A DNA stretch of 64,000 nt, from NCBI GenBank assembly GCA_050251875.1, contig JBFWMA010000005.1, forward strand, positions 32,001-96,000, read 5' to 3'. The DNA is from Deferribacterales bacterium. GTDB lineage: Bacteria; Chrysiogenota; Deferribacteres; Deferribacterales; Geovibrionaceae. Made by a program: the position numbers and the translations under genes. The notes under the pieces are model-generated. The model was not told where the DNA came from. It made no database searches and saw nothing but the letters and a program-made list of their open reading frames with translations. Positions 14,271 through 26,944 of this stretch are shown piece by piece; the stretch's first letter is position 1, and each line of letters begins with the position of its first letter.

Positions 14271-14900
14271 TCAGGCTTCCGCTGTGCCTGCCTTCTCTTC
14301 CCTGTCTCTAAGAAACCATACAAGCCCGTAAACGAAAGGCGTGTCGATGAGAGCTATTATCAGCTTGATAACCCACTGTCCGAGGATCAGCGGCAGAAGG
14401 GGCATAACACCGTAAAAAGCGATCACGATGAATATCACAGAATCCAGAAGCTGGGACATTGCTGTGGAGGCATTGTTGCGCAGCCACAGGTGTTTTTTTC
14501 CTGTTCTGTCTTTTATGAAGTGGTACAGCCACACATCATGATACTGGCTGACGAGATAGGCTATGAGTGAAGCTATGATTATTCTGGATGATGCGCTGAG
14601 TATTGTGCTGAAAGCCTCCTGATTTCCCCAGAAGGGAGCGGAGGGCAGGATGATAGCGAACCTGATGAGCACAAATACTGATGCCAGAGCGATGAAACCG
14701 GCTATGACAATGTTGTTAGCTGTCTTCTTTCCCCATATTTCGCCGATGGTGTCAGACACCAGAAAAGTGACGGAGTATGCCAGAATTCCGGCGGGGACAA
14801 AGAGTCCGAAAATATTTATAATTTTGCTTGCCAGCACCGCGGCGATGGTGAGAGAGCTCACGAACAGCGCTGAAAGTATTGTAAGGCTTTTATCCTGCAT
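14271..14900 (-). CDS. Queuosine precursor transporter (YhhQ/QPTR, VUT family)
   Basis: Hydrophobic; FLVSDTIGEIWG, ASLIAYLVSQYHDV, LWLRNNASTAMSQLLDS, ALIDTPFVY motifs. Confidence 0.9.
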   Translation of the reverse strand: MQDKSLTILSALFVSSLTIAAVLASKIINIFGLFVPAGILAYSVTFLVSDTIGEIWGKKTANNIVIAGFIALASVFVLIRFAIILPSAPFWGNQEAFSTILSASSRIIIASLIAYLVSQYHDVWLYHFIKDRTGKKHLWLRNNASTAMSQLLDSVIFIVIAFYGVMPLLPLILGQWVIKLIIALIDTPFVYGLVWFLRDREEKAGTAEA

Positions 14901-14968
14901 TTTTTAACCTCTTGTATTCACTGAAGTCAGAATATATAGTCTTATATATAAAATTACCAGAGGAAAAT

Positions 14969-15430
<462 letters not shown>

Positions 15431-15441
15431 AGAGGTGGACT

Positions 15442-15909
15442 ATGCGCAGAAACGAAAAAGAGATTAAAGAACAGATAGAGCTTTATGAAATATTGTCCAG
15501 AGGACAGATAATCAGGCTGGGAATGGCTCTGAACAACGAGCCGTATGTTGTCCCCATGAACTATGGGTTCAAGGACGGGGAACTGTATCTCCATTCTGCT
15601 CTGGAAGGCAAAAAGATAGATATGCTGAGGAAAAACCCTATCGTGTGCTTCGAGGTGTCTGTGGACACTGAGCTTAAGACAGCCCAAAGCGCATGCGGAT
15701 GGACATTCTGCTTCCGGTCTGTGATAGGCAGAGGCAAGGCGCATATCCTGACAGACGAAAAGAGCAAAATAGACGGTCTGGACATAATAATGAGGCATTT
15801 CGGCAGTATGGACAATACATATAAACCGGAAGCCGTTGCCAAAACCTGTGTCATAAAGATTGTGATAGACGAGCTGACAGGCAAAATGTCGCCCATCGGA
15901 AGGGACTGA
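15442..15909 (+). CDS. Pyridoxamine 5'-phosphate oxidase-like flavin-binding protein (NimA-like)
   Basis: MRRxxKEI, PYVVPMNYG, LYLHSALEGKK, NPIVCFEV, FRSVIGRG. Confidence 0.88.
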   Translation: MRRNEKEIKEQIELYEILSRGQIIRLGMALNNEPYVVPMNYGFKDGELYLHSALEGKKIDMLRKNPIVCFEVSVDTELKTAQSACGWTFCFRSVIGRGKAHILTDEKSKIDGLDIIMRHFGSMDNTYKPEAVAKTCVIKIVIDELTGKMSPIGRD

Positions 15910-15911
15910 TA

Positions 15912-16397
15912 ATGGGAAAAGAGAAATTTCCGGTTACGCAGGCGGTAAGGGTTCTGCGTGACGGTAAATGCGACTTTGAACCGCACCTTTATGAATATGA
16001 AGAAAAAGGCGGAACAAAACACTCCAGCAGAGAGCTGGGGGCTGACGAGCATGAAGTTATAAAGACCATAATAGTGGAGGACGAGTCGAAGACTCCATAT
16101 GTGGTGCTGATGCACGGGGACAAGGAGATATCTCTGAAACAGCTTGCCCGTGACATCAACGTTAAGCTGCTGAAACCCTGCGACCCAGACACGGCGAACA
16201 GACACACAGGATATCTTGTGGGCGGCACGTCACCGTTCGGCACGAAAAGAAAGATGAGAGTCTTTATGGAGAAAACCATTGCCGAGCTGACGATGATATA
16301 TATCAACGGAGGCAAGCGGGGATTTCTGGTGAAGATCGCCCCTTCGGAAGTTATCCGGGTTCTTAAGCCCGAGCTGGTGAACGTGGCTACTGACTGA
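15912..16397 (+). CDS. ybaK: Cys-tRNA(Pro) deacylase
   Basis: VIKTI, TGYLVGGTSPFGTK, INGGKRG motifs. Confidence 0.9.
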   Translation: MGKEKFPVTQAVRVLRDGKCDFEPHLYEYEEKGGTKHSSRELGADEHEVIKTIIVEDESKTPYVVLMHGDKEISLKQLARDINVKLLKPCDPDTANRHTGYLVGGTSPFGTKRKMRVFMEKTIAELTMIYINGGKRGFLVKIAPSEVIRVLKPELVNVATD

Positions 16398-16407
16398 AAT
16401 CTATAAT

Positions 16408-16586
16408 GAGATTGCCACGCCTCGATCGCAATGACGGAGAAACCACAGAATGTGGTTCGTGAAGCGAAGATTTATTCTGAGCCTAAAGGTATAAACGTAA
16501 TAAAGGCGGACATGGCACCGTCCGCCTTTATAAAAAGAGGTATGATACGAGCTGACGCATGCGGGGTTCGCAGGACCGCATACGTC
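16408..16586. repeat. Cluster of intergenic palindromes between convergent genes
   Basis: GAGATTGCCACG..TCGCAATGAC (half copy of the 47970 element); TAAAGGCGGAC-N8-GTCCGCCTTTA (16501-16530); GACGCATGCGG..CCGCATACGTC (16554-16586). Confidence 0.6.
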
Positions 16587-16594
16587 TTTTTACT

Positions 16595-16843
16595 CTATAG
16601 ATATTTGGATAATTCCTGCAGTTCCTTTCTAAGAACGTCTGAGGAAATGTCGCCGGACAGCGCATGCTCAATCTGTTCCCTAATATACAGATTTTTCGCC
16701 TTGGACAATGCGCCCGTCACGGCCTGCATCTGCTGGGCGACGTCTATTCCGCCGCGTCCCTCGCTGATCATCTCGATAACTTTGCCCAGGTGTCCGTTTG
16801 CCCTTTGCAGTCTTTTGATTATGTCCGCGTTATCTTCCAGCAT
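16595..16843 (-). CDS. CsoR/RcnR (NreA/NcrB-like) family transcriptional repressor, cysteine-less
   Basis: IIKRLQRANGHLGKVIEMI...DVAQQMQAVTGAL family pattern; GGAG RBS; no Cys. Confidence 0.8.
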   Translation of the reverse strand: MLEDNADIIKRLQRANGHLGKVIEMISEGRGGIDVAQQMQAVTGALSKAKNLYIREQIEHALSGDISSDVLRKELQELSKYL

Positions 16844-16861
16844 GATGTCTCCATGTGTGTG

Positions 16862-16891
16862 TATCCTATCCTATAGGATAGGATAAGTCAA
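16862..16891 (-). promoter_or_regulatory. Promoter (TTGACT-17-TAGGAT) overlapped by a perfect 24-bp palindromic operator
   Basis: TATCCTATCCTATAGGATAGGATA at 16862-16885 is exactly self-complementary and covers the spacer and -10. Confidence 0.75.
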
Positions 16892-16983
16892 GATAAAAAT
16901 GATAAAATATTTCTAAAAAGAAGGATAAATCTTGACGCTAAATATTCAAAAGTGCATATTTTATAAAAAAAGTTTCGGAGTTA

Positions 16984-17478
16984 ATGATGAAAAAACTTAT
17001 GATAGTCCTTGCGTCTCTGTTCCTGCTCTTCGGATGTATGGGATCAGAAAAGAAAGAAACAACATCCGCAGTGACCGGTTCCGAGTCCGGTATTCAGGTG
17101 AAGACAAAGGGCTTCGTGGAGGAGCTGAAAAAAGAATATGCCGGAAAAGTGCTTCTGGTTAACTTCTTTGCCTCATGGTGTCCCCCCTGTCGTGGAGAAA
17201 CTCCCGATTTTGTGGCGGCATATGAGAAATATAAAGACAGCAACTTCGTAATAGTAGGTATCTCCGTGGATAAAGAGCTGAAAGATGTGGAAGGATATCA
17301 GAAAGAGTTCGGCGTATCCTATCCCCTCTATCATTCTGACAATGATCTGGCGATGGAGATGAACATCAGCACTATACCCACTACTTTTATATATAAACCG
17401 GACGGCAAGCTCTTCGATATGGTGGTCGGACCGCTCACAGCGAAAGAGCTGGATATAATCGCTACCAGCTTTAAATAA
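16984..17478 (+). CDS. TlpA/ResA-like thiol-disulfide oxidoreductase lipoprotein
   Basis: Lipobox LLFG-C; VNFFASWCPPCRGETP; IPTT cis-Pro motif. Confidence 0.9.
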   Translation: MMKKLMIVLASLFLLFGCMGSEKKETTSAVTGSESGIQVKTKGFVEELKKEYAGKVLLVNFFASWCPPCRGETPDFVAAYEKYKDSNFVIVGISVDKELKDVEGYQKEFGVSYPLYHSDNDLAMEMNISTIPTTFIYKPDGKLFDMVVGPLTAKELDIIATSFK

Positions 17479-17561
17479 GCTATTGCGATAATATTTTGTC
17501 AGATTATTTTAATAAAAGTCAAACAACGACACCAGATGTGCGGCATGGAGGCATCCAGCAG

Positions 17562-18041
17562 ATGATAGAGACAGCAGTGAAATGTGTTATTAAAGAGCCT
17601 GTAACGTCCAGATACGTCATGCTGCTCGAGACACTGTGCGGACATTATCTGATCCCCGTGAAGATAGGGGAGTTCGAGGCAGAATCTATCTATTGTGTTC
17701 TCAACAGAATAAAATCCCCCAGACCAATGACCTATGATTTCATATCAAACATCCTCTTCACCATAGACGAAGTAAACATCGACAGAGTTGTCATAGACGG
17801 CTACCGCAACGGTGTTTATTCCGCCAGCATATACGTCATCTGCGACAAAGAGGAGAAGAGGGTGGACTGCCGCCCCTCAGACGGCGTGGCGCTCGCTCTT
17901 AAGATGGGTGTTCCGGTCTATGTGGAAGACGATATCCTCTGTCCCAACTGCTGTGTGGACAGGACATTCATAAACGAGGACGACAACAAGATTCTCGCCA
18001 ATCTGATAGACGAGCACGACTCGCTCTATTGGCACTATTAG
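17562..18041 (+). CDS. Bifunctional nuclease family protein (DUF151)
   Basis: IPVKIGEFEAESI, PRPMTYDF, VDCRPSDGVALAL; GGAGG RBS before ATG 17562. Confidence 0.88.
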   Translation: MIETAVKCVIKEPVTSRYVMLLETLCGHYLIPVKIGEFEAESIYCVLNRIKSPRPMTYDFISNILFTIDEVNIDRVVIDGYRNGVYSASIYVICDKEEKRVDCRPSDGVALALKMGVPVYVEDDILCPNCCVDRTFINEDDNKILANLIDEHDSLYWHY

Positions 18042-18340
18042 GTTCTTCTCAAAAATAACTTCCTGTTATTTTTGAGCAACGCAAAGACAGGCAAAGCCTC
18101 GCCTTTGCTCACACTACAAGAATTTTAAGCAGTAAACTGCATAAAATTATTTCCGTGAGGTACATCCATGTACCTGGGTTCTTCTCAAAAATAACTTCCT
18201 GTTATTTTTGAGCAACGCAAAGACAGGCAAAGCCTCGCCTTTGCTCACACTACAAGAATTTTAAGCAGTAAACTGCATAAAATTATTTCCGTGAGGTGCA
18301 TCCATGTACCCGGGTTCTTCTCAAAAATAATTTCCAGTAA
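18041..18340 (-). repeat. Tandem 136-bp structured repeat (2 copies plus a partial third); GGA-loop element family
   Basis: Units start at 18041, 18177 and 18313; the two full copies differ at 2 positions. Minus-strand hairpins GGTACA-TGGA-TGTACC and CTCAAAAATAAC-AGGAA-GTTATTTTTGAG. Confidence 0.9.
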
Positions 18341-18350
18341 TTAGAGATAT

Positions 18351-18379
18351 AAAAAAAGCCCGCGTAAGCGGGCTCTTTT
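18351..18379 (-). terminator. Intrinsic terminator after secF, probably bidirectional
   Basis: AAAAAAAGCCCGC-GTAA-GCGGGCTCTTTT. Confidence 0.8.
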
Positions 18380-18398
18380 GTGTTGTATAGACTTAGTC

Positions 18399-19295
18399 TT
18401 ACTTATCTTTTTTGATCAGGTAAACCAGTGCGCTGGCTATACCTATTGAAGAGTATGTACCCACAAGGATACCGATGAGAAGTGTGAAGGCGAATCCGTT
18501 GATGACCTCTCCTCCGAAGAAGTAGAGAGCCACAACAGTGAGCAGAGTCAGGAAAGATGTGAGTATGGTACGGCTCAGTGTTTCGTTCAGACTGAGGTTC
18601 ATAACATCTTTCAGGTTCATGGACTTAGCCTTGTCCTCACGCATATTCTCTCTGATACGGTCGAAGACAACGATGGTGTCGTTCAGCGAATAACCGACCA
18701 GTGTCAGCACCGCCGCCACAACAGAGATCGAAATCTCTTTTCCCAGCAGACTGAAAAAGCCCAGCGTGATGATAACATCGTGGAACAGAGCCATAACAGC
18801 GCCCAGAGAAAATACAAGCTGGAAGCGGAAGGCGACATAGATAAGGATACCTATGAGTGAGTATAAAATGGCGTATACAGCCATCTTTTTCAGCTCGGAG
18901 CCCACCTGGGGACCTACCTGCTCCACTCTTTCCACTATGAAGGTATTGCCTTTAACGTTTTCCTGAAGGCTCGCCTGTATGGAGTCAGAGACTGATTTCA
19001 GCTCTTTGTCGTTTTTTACCACACGGATAAGAATCTCTTCCGGTGATCCGAAATTCTGAATGATGGTTTCGCCTATTTTCAGCTCGTCCATCGCCTTTCT
19101 GATGGTGTTCAGATCGGGCGCCTGCTCAAACTTAACCTGGACGATTGTACCGCCCGCGAAGTCTATGCCGAAGTTGAATCCTTTTGTAAAGATCATACCG
19201 AGGCTTAAGAGCACTAATACGCCAGAGATCAGGAAAAAGAGTTTAGCTTTTCCCATGAAGTCAAATTGTGTTCCCTGTTTTATCAGTTCAAACAT
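18399..19295 (-). CDS. secF: Protein translocase subunit SecF
   Basis: FGIDFAGG, VGPQVG, GYSLNDTIVVFDRIRE, TLSRT. Confidence 0.97.
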   Translation of the reverse strand: MFELIKQGTQFDFMGKAKLFFLISGVLVLLSLGMIFTKGFNFGIDFAGGTIVQVKFEQAPDLNTIRKAMDELKIGETIIQNFGSPEEILIRVVKNDKELKSVSDSIQASLQENVKGNTFIVERVEQVGPQVGSELKKMAVYAILYSLIGILIYVAFRFQLVFSLGAVMALFHDVIITLGFFSLLGKEISISVVAAVLTLVGYSLNDTIVVFDRIRENMREDKAKSMNLKDVMNLSLNETLSRTILTSFLTLLTVVALYFFGGEVINGFAFTLLIGILVGTYSSIGIASALVYLIKKDK

Positions 19296-19310
19296 TTCAT
19301 ATACCTCGGT

Positions 19311-20858
19311 TTAGATACTAAGGGATTTTACTTCTTTCTTGCCAAGGAAGGTCCAGAAGATCACCTTGGTAACAAAGATGGCTGTGAAAAGTGACGCCAG
19401 AATACCAATGGACAGAGTAACAGCAAAACCTTTGATCGGACCAGTACCGAACTGAAACAGAACGATAGCGGCGATGATGGTTGTGATGTTGGCGTCCATA
19501 ATGGTGGAGAAAGCCTTTTCAAATCCGTATTCCAGAGCGTTCAGCGGTGTTCTGCCCAGTCTGATTTCCTCACGCACACGCTCAAAGATAAGAACGTTGG
19601 CGTCAACCGCCATACCCACGGTCAGGATGATACCGGCGATACCGGGGAGTGTCAGTGTGGCTCCGAACTGTGCCATTACACCAAGAATGATGACGAAGTT
19701 GGTGAACAGAGCAATGTTTGCCACCCATCCGCACATTCTGTAGTATATGCCCATGAAAACAACGATGAGCACAAACCCGATGACAGAGGCTTTAACGCCG
19801 CTGTTGATGGAGTCGTTACCCAGAGACGGTCCCACTGTTCTGTTCTCTTCTATGGAGACGGGAGCGGGCAGAGAGCCGGCTCTCAGAACGATAGCGAGAT
19901 CCTTCGCCTCCTGCAGGCTGTCCATGCCGTCAATATAGGCAGAACCGCCGGGAATGCGTGTCTTTATCACGGGAGCGGAATATACGTTGTCATCCAGAAC
20001 AATAGCCATTCTCTTGCCTATGTTTTCGCCTGTCAGCTCCTCGAAGAGCTTGCTTCCGGCGGCGTCCAGCTTGAACTGAACGATAGGCAGGTTATATGTA
20101 CTGGAGAAGTTTACCTCGGCGTCAGTGATATATTCGCCTGTTAGAGCGGCTTCCGCTTTCAGAACGTAGGGAACTTTGCTAATCACTTTGCCTGTGGCTT
20201 TGTCTGTTTTTTTCTGGAAGAGGACTATGTCGTCAAAGGGGACGTTTCCGGTGGAAACATCATTTGCGCTGACGCTGTCATCGACCATATAGAATTTAAG
20301 CTGAGCTGTTTTACCGATAAGGTTGATAGCTCTGTCGGGATCTGTAATACCAGGGAGCTGAACCACAACCTGTGAGTCGCCCTGACGCTGTATAACCGGC
20401 TCGGACACGCCGAACTGGTCGATACGGTTTCTGACAACCTCCAGAGACTGCTCCACAGCCGATTCCTTGATCTGTTTAACAGATTTAGGATCGAACATGT
20501 AGGAGAGAGTGTTCTCCTCGGATATGCTGATGTCCTGAAGAGTGGGATAGTTTTTGCTGACTATACCCTTCACTTTGTCCATATCCGCGGCTGAGTTGAG
20601 CCCGATGTTTATCTTGTCTTTACCCGATTTCTGAACATATGAGAAATTTATCTTGTCTGTTGCCAGTTCCTTGCGGAGCTGTCCCGCGGTGCTGTCCACT
20701 CTGGATTCCACGGCTTTTTCCGTGTCAACGCCCAGAACGACGTGCATTCCTCCCTGCAGGTCCAGACCGAGCTTGATCTTCTTGTCCAGCGGGAGCATGG
20801 AGAAAATAGACCAGCCCAGAACAATTAAAATTACTGCCCAGCGGACTTTAAGGTTCAT
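19311..20858 (-). CDS. secD: Protein translocase subunit SecD
   Basis: LGLDLQGG, RIDQFGVSEP, LRAGSLPAP, GMAVDANVLIFERVREE. Confidence 0.97.
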   Translation of the reverse strand: MNLKVRWAVILIVLGWSIFSMLPLDKKIKLGLDLQGGMHVVLGVDTEKAVESRVDSTAGQLRKELATDKINFSYVQKSGKDKINIGLNSAADMDKVKGIVSKNYPTLQDISISEENTLSYMFDPKSVKQIKESAVEQSLEVVRNRIDQFGVSEPVIQRQGDSQVVVQLPGITDPDRAINLIGKTAQLKFYMVDDSVSANDVSTGNVPFDDIVLFQKKTDKATGKVISKVPYVLKAEAALTGEYITDAEVNFSSTYNLPIVQFKLDAAGSKLFEELTGENIGKRMAIVLDDNVYSAPVIKTRIPGGSAYIDGMDSLQEAKDLAIVLRAGSLPAPVSIEENRTVGPSLGNDSINSGVKASVIGFVLIVVFMGIYYRMCGWVANIALFTNFVIILGVMAQFGATLTLPGIAGIILTVGMAVDANVLIFERVREEIRLGRTPLNALEYGFEKAFSTIMDANITTIIAAIVLFQFGTGPIKGFAVTLSIGILASLFTAIFVTKVIFWTFLGKKEVKSLSI

Positions 20859-20860
20859 TG

Positions 20861-21181
20861 TTATTTTGTCTCCTGTGTGACTTTGGAAGCGATGCCGTTT
20901 TTAGTCATTTTCACGGTAACGCCATCGGCTATTTCAACCATGAAGGTATTGTTATCAAGAACTTTTGTCACTTTGCAGTAGATTCCGCCTCCGGTGATTA
21001 TCTCGTCCCCGGCTTTAATGGCGTTCAGCATGGCGACATGCTCTTTCTGTTTTTTCTGCTGAGGTCTGATAAGAAGGAAATAGAATATACCGAAGATTAC
21101 CACCATCATTAAAAGCGGTGCGAAGGGGCTGCCCTGTGCGGGAGCGGCTGCGTCTGCTGCGTATGCGATATTATTGAACAT
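20861..21181 (-). CDS. yajC: Preprotein translocase subunit YajC
   Basis: FYFLLIRPQQKKQKEH, GDEIITGGGI; lies between tgt and secD. Confidence 0.95.
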   Translation of the reverse strand: MFNNIAYAADAAAPAQGSPFAPLLMMVVIFGIFYFLLIRPQQKKQKEHVAMLNAIKAGDEIITGGGIYCKVTKVLDNNTFMVEIADGVTVKMTKNGIASKVTQETK

Positions 21182-22291
<1,110 letters not shown>

Positions 22292-22303
22292 TTAATTCCT
22301 TAT

Positions 22304-22406
22304 CGGCGGGGTGTAAAACCCCGCCCTACATATTGGTGGAGGTTTCTGCGCCAAGCTGGCTGTAAAACCCTGCCCTACATGTAGGGTGGCATTTTATATG
22401 CCGCCG
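22304..22406. repeat. GTAG-family REP cluster
   Basis: CGGCGGGGTGTAAAACCCCGCCCTAC, a degenerate unit, then GTAGGGTGGCATTTTATATGCCGCCG. Confidence 0.8.
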
Positions 22407-22410
22407 TATG

Positions 22411-23445
22411 TTATCTTATATACATTGCATCGCCGTAGCTGAAGAAGCGGTATCCGCTCTCCACGGCGTGCTTATACGCATTCAGTGTGCTGTCGTGTCC
22501 GGCGAACATAGTCACCAGAACCAGCAGGGTGGATTTCGGCAGGTGAAAGTTGGTTATCATCCTGTCCACCGTCCGGAACTTATATCCCGGCTTTATAAAA
22601 AGATCCGTTTCGCCGTATCCTCCGGCGACCCAGCCTTCGGATGAGGCCGCTTCCAGAGCTCTCACCGCTGTGGTTCCCACCGCCAGCAGTTTTTTTCCTT
22701 CCGCTTTCAGAGTGTTGATCTGCGCCGCTGTGTCATCGGAGATAAAATACTTCTCAGTGTGCATCTCGTGGTCTTCCAGATAGTCTGCCTTGACCGGGCG
22801 GAAAGTGCCTATGCCGATATTCAGAGTCAGTTCTAAAACCTTAACACCTTTTGCCCTGATTTTCCCCAGAATCTCTTCGGTGAAATGCAGTCCGGCTGTG
22901 GGCGCCGCCACAGAAGCCTCTTCGCCTGAATAGACCGTCTGATATCTGGACACATCGTCATCCGTGTCGTCCCTTCTGATGTAGGGGGGCAGGGGAATAT
23001 GTCCGTATCTGTTCATCATCTCCGTGACTGTGATGTCCACGAAGCGGATTGTTCTTGTGCTGTCGTCATTTAGTGATTCTATGACAGCGTGTCCCAGAGG
23101 AAAGTTCAGCACAATTCCCTGTTTTACGTTGCCTTTGGTGAGGGCGAGGCAGGTGTATTCGTCCAGTTTTTCCAGAATCAGAAGCTCCACAACTCCGCCG
23201 GTGGTCTTCTTTCCATAGAGTCTCGCTTTCATCACACGGGTGGTGTTCACCACCATGAAGCAGTCATCGTCTATCATGTCCGCTATATCGGCAAATGTTT
23301 GGTCTGTAATTCCGCCTGTTTTTCTGTCCATGACAAGCAGACGGGACTTTCCCCTCTCTTTCGCCGGAAACTGGGCGATCAGCTCTTCGGGCAGATAAAA
23401 GTCATAGTCCGCTACAGGGGTTTTTACCTCAGATATTTTCCGCAA
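22411..23445 (-). CDS. queA: S-adenosylmethionine:tRNA ribosyltransferase-isomerase
   Basis: LPEELIAQFP, PLPPYIRR, YQTVY, AAPTAGLHFT, TNFHLPKSTL, YRFFSYGDAM. Confidence 0.97.
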   Translation of the reverse strand: MRKISEVKTPVADYDFYLPEELIAQFPAKERGKSRLLVMDRKTGGITDQTFADIADMIDDDCFMVVNTTRVMKARLYGKKTTGGVVELLILEKLDEYTCLALTKGNVKQGIVLNFPLGHAVIESLNDDSTRTIRFVDITVTEMMNRYGHIPLPPYIRRDDTDDDVSRYQTVYSGEEASVAAPTAGLHFTEEILGKIRAKGVKVLELTLNIGIGTFRPVKADYLEDHEMHTEKYFISDDTAAQINTLKAEGKKLLAVGTTAVRALEAASSEGWVAGGYGETDLFIKPGYKFRTVDRMITNFHLPKSTLLVLVTMFAGHDSTLNAYKHAVESGYRFFSYGDAMYIR

Positions 23446-24805
23446 GATACTGCTTTACCTTTTCTGTGTCGTTGTCCATCAGAATACATTTTTTCGGAAG
23501 GTCTTCCAGCGCTCTGATTCCCTCGGGTTTCGGAGGGGTAACGAACGCCGCTTTTTCCGCCACCTCGGGGAATTTCGCCGGGTGAGCTGTGGACAGACAT
23601 ATGTAGTCGGCATCGTGGAACTCCAGAGCCGCTGAAACGCCGCACGCTGTGTGCGGGTCGAGTATATATTTGAATGTATTGTAGAAATACTGGATACATG
23701 TCTCTGTGAGCATGTTGCTGGCTGAGAATGTTCCGAATAATTTCTGAGTCTCTTTTATCTCTTTGTCGGTAAAGGTGATTTTACCTGTCTTTTTCAGCTC
23801 CTGCATCTTCTCCACAACTCTGGCGGAGTCTTTGTTATAGAGGAAATAGAGGTAGCGTTCGAAGTTGGACGCTATCTGAATGTCCATGCTGGGGCTGTGT
23901 GTAATCACCACGTCACGGATGCTGTAGTCTCCGTCATTGATGAAGCGAGACAGGATGTTGTTTTCGTTGGTTGCCAGAATGAGCTTGTCTATCTTAAGCC
24001 CCATCTGCTTAGCGAAAAATCCGGCGAATATATTGCCGAAGTTTCCTGTGGGCACTACAAATCTGATCTTTTCAGCGCCGTCTTTCTTCGCTCTGAAATA
24101 GCCGTAGAAATAGTAAACCACCTGCGCCAGAACTCTCGCCCAGTTGATGGAGTTTACCGCTCCCAGCTTGTTTTTGCGTTTGAAATCCACATCGGCGAAT
24201 ATCTCTTTCACGATGTCCTGACAGTCGTCAAAAGTGCCGTTCACGGCGATGTTGAAGACGTTTTCGTCTGTGACGGATGTCATCTGCATCTTCTGAACGG
24301 GGCTGACTCTTCCTTCCGGATGGAGGATGAATATGCGTATGTTGTCCTTGCCTCTCACGCCGTAGATGGCGGCGGAACCTGTGTCGCCGCTGGTGGCGCC
24401 GATGATGTTCAGCTTTTCGCCCCTCTCTTTGAGTATATATTCAAAGAGGTTGCCCAGAAGCTGAAGCGCAACGTCTTTAAAGGCGAAAGTCGGTCCGTGG
24501 AAAAGCTCCTGGATGTATATCTCGCCCATCTTCACCACGGGAGCGACCTGAGGATTGGCAAAAGTGCTGTAGCTTTTGTTTATCAGCTCTTTCAGGTCAT
24601 TTTCAGGGATGTCGTCCGCAAAATGTCTGATGACGGCGAACGCCAGCTCCGGATATGTCATGTTTTCCATAGCCTTCAGTTCGTCTTTCGTCAGGGCTGG
24701 AACTGATTCGGGCAGGAGAAGTCCTCCGTCCTCGGCGAGTCCCATCATGACGGCATCTTTGAAAGTGACCGGTTTTGTTTTTCCTCTGGTGCTGATATAT
24801 TTCAT
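23429..24805 (-). CDS. thrC: Threonine synthase
   Basis: MKYISTRG, ELFHGPTFAFKDVAL, GATSGDTGSAA, NSINWAR, PTGNFGN, TAHPAKF. Confidence 0.96.
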   Translation of the reverse strand: MKYISTRGKTKPVTFKDAVMMGLAEDGGLLLPESVPALTKDELKAMENMTYPELAFAVIRHFADDIPENDLKELINKSYSTFANPQVAPVVKMGEIYIQELFHGPTFAFKDVALQLLGNLFEYILKERGEKLNIIGATSGDTGSAAIYGVRGKDNIRIFILHPEGRVSPVQKMQMTSVTDENVFNIAVNGTFDDCQDIVKEIFADVDFKRKNKLGAVNSINWARVLAQVVYYFYGYFRAKKDGAEKIRFVVPTGNFGNIFAGFFAKQMGLKIDKLILATNENNILSRFINDGDYSIRDVVITHSPSMDIQIASNFERYLYFLYNKDSARVVEKMQELKKTGKITFTDKEIKETQKLFGTFSASNMLTETCIQYFYNTFKYILDPHTACGVSAALEFHDADYICLSTAHPAKFPEVAEKAAFVTPPKPEGIRALEDLPKKCILMDNDTEKVKQYLAENI

Positions 24806-24828
24806 AAAAAACCTCGAACACTATAAAC

Positions 24829-24884
24829 GTAGGGCGGGGTTTGATACCCCGCCGAAAATGACGGCATATAAAATGCCGCCCTAC
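24829..24884. repeat. REPIN-like inverted REP doublet
   Basis: GTAGGGCGGGGTTTGATACCCCGCCG...CGGCATATAAAATGCCGCCCTAC. Confidence 0.8.
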
Positions 24885-24915
24885 TTATAAAATGATTCTG
24901 ATATAAATTGATTGA

Positions 24916-25329
24916 TTAAACAAGCTCAAGTTGAGAGAAGAAGTAAGCGATTTCCTGAGCGGCTGTTTCGGGAGCATCTGATCCGTGAACGGCGTTGTTG
25001 TCGATGCTTTCGCCGAAAAGTTTTCTCAGTGTGCCTTCAGCGGCGTCTTTAGGGTTTGTGGCACCCATAAGGTCTCTCCAGCCTTTGATAGCGTTGTCTT
25101 TTTCAAGAACCATAACGATGCAGGGAGCGCTGCACATAAAGCTGGTAAGATCCTGAAAGAAGGGACGTGCTGAGTGAACAGCGTAGAAGCCTTCGGCTTC
25201 AGCTTTTGTCATGTGCATTTTTTTAAGACCAACGATTTTGAATCCTTCTTTTTCTATACGGTCGATGATAGCGCCCGCATTGCCTTTCGCTGTAGCATCG
25301 GGTTTGATGATTCCGAATGTTCTTTCCAT
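24916..25329 (-). CDS. ndk: Nucleoside-diphosphate kinase
   Basis: [22 protein letters not shown]. Confidence 0.97.
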   Translation of the reverse strand: MERTFGIIKPDATAKGNAGAIIDRIEKEGFKIVGLKKMHMTKAEAEGFYAVHSARPFFQDLTSFMCSAPCIVMVLEKDNAIKGWRDLMGATNPKDAAEGTLRKLFGESIDNNAVHGSDAPETAAQEIAYFFSQLELV

Positions 25330-25419
25330 GTGAATGCCTCACTTTATAATTATAGTTATTTTGTGCATGTAAGCTCTATCATAATATAATGAGATATGCA
25401 AATTTTTTCATCGCATTAA

Positions 25420-26910
<1,491 letters not shown>

Positions 26911-26916
26911 AAAAAT

Positions 26917-26944
26917 AAAGCGGGGCGCAAACCCCGCTTTTTTT
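26917..26944 (+). terminator. Intrinsic terminator after gdhA
   Basis: AAAGCGGGG-CGCAAA-CCCCGCTTT followed by a T run. Confidence 0.85.

Noticed and set aside
14901..14968. preQ1 riboswitch upstream of the queuosine precursor transporter
   Set aside because: No recognisable preQ1 stem-loop with A-rich tail in this short AT-rich spacer.
18041..18176. c-di-GMP-I (GEMM) riboswitch suggested by GGCAAA and ACGCAAAG words
   Set aside because: Motif order and the GNRA tetraloop/receptor architecture do not match, and copies are not consistently in 5' leaders. An Rfam scan would settle it.
18041..18340. CRISPR array
   Set aside because: Whole 136-bp units are near-identical with no unique spacers, and there are no cas genes in the window.
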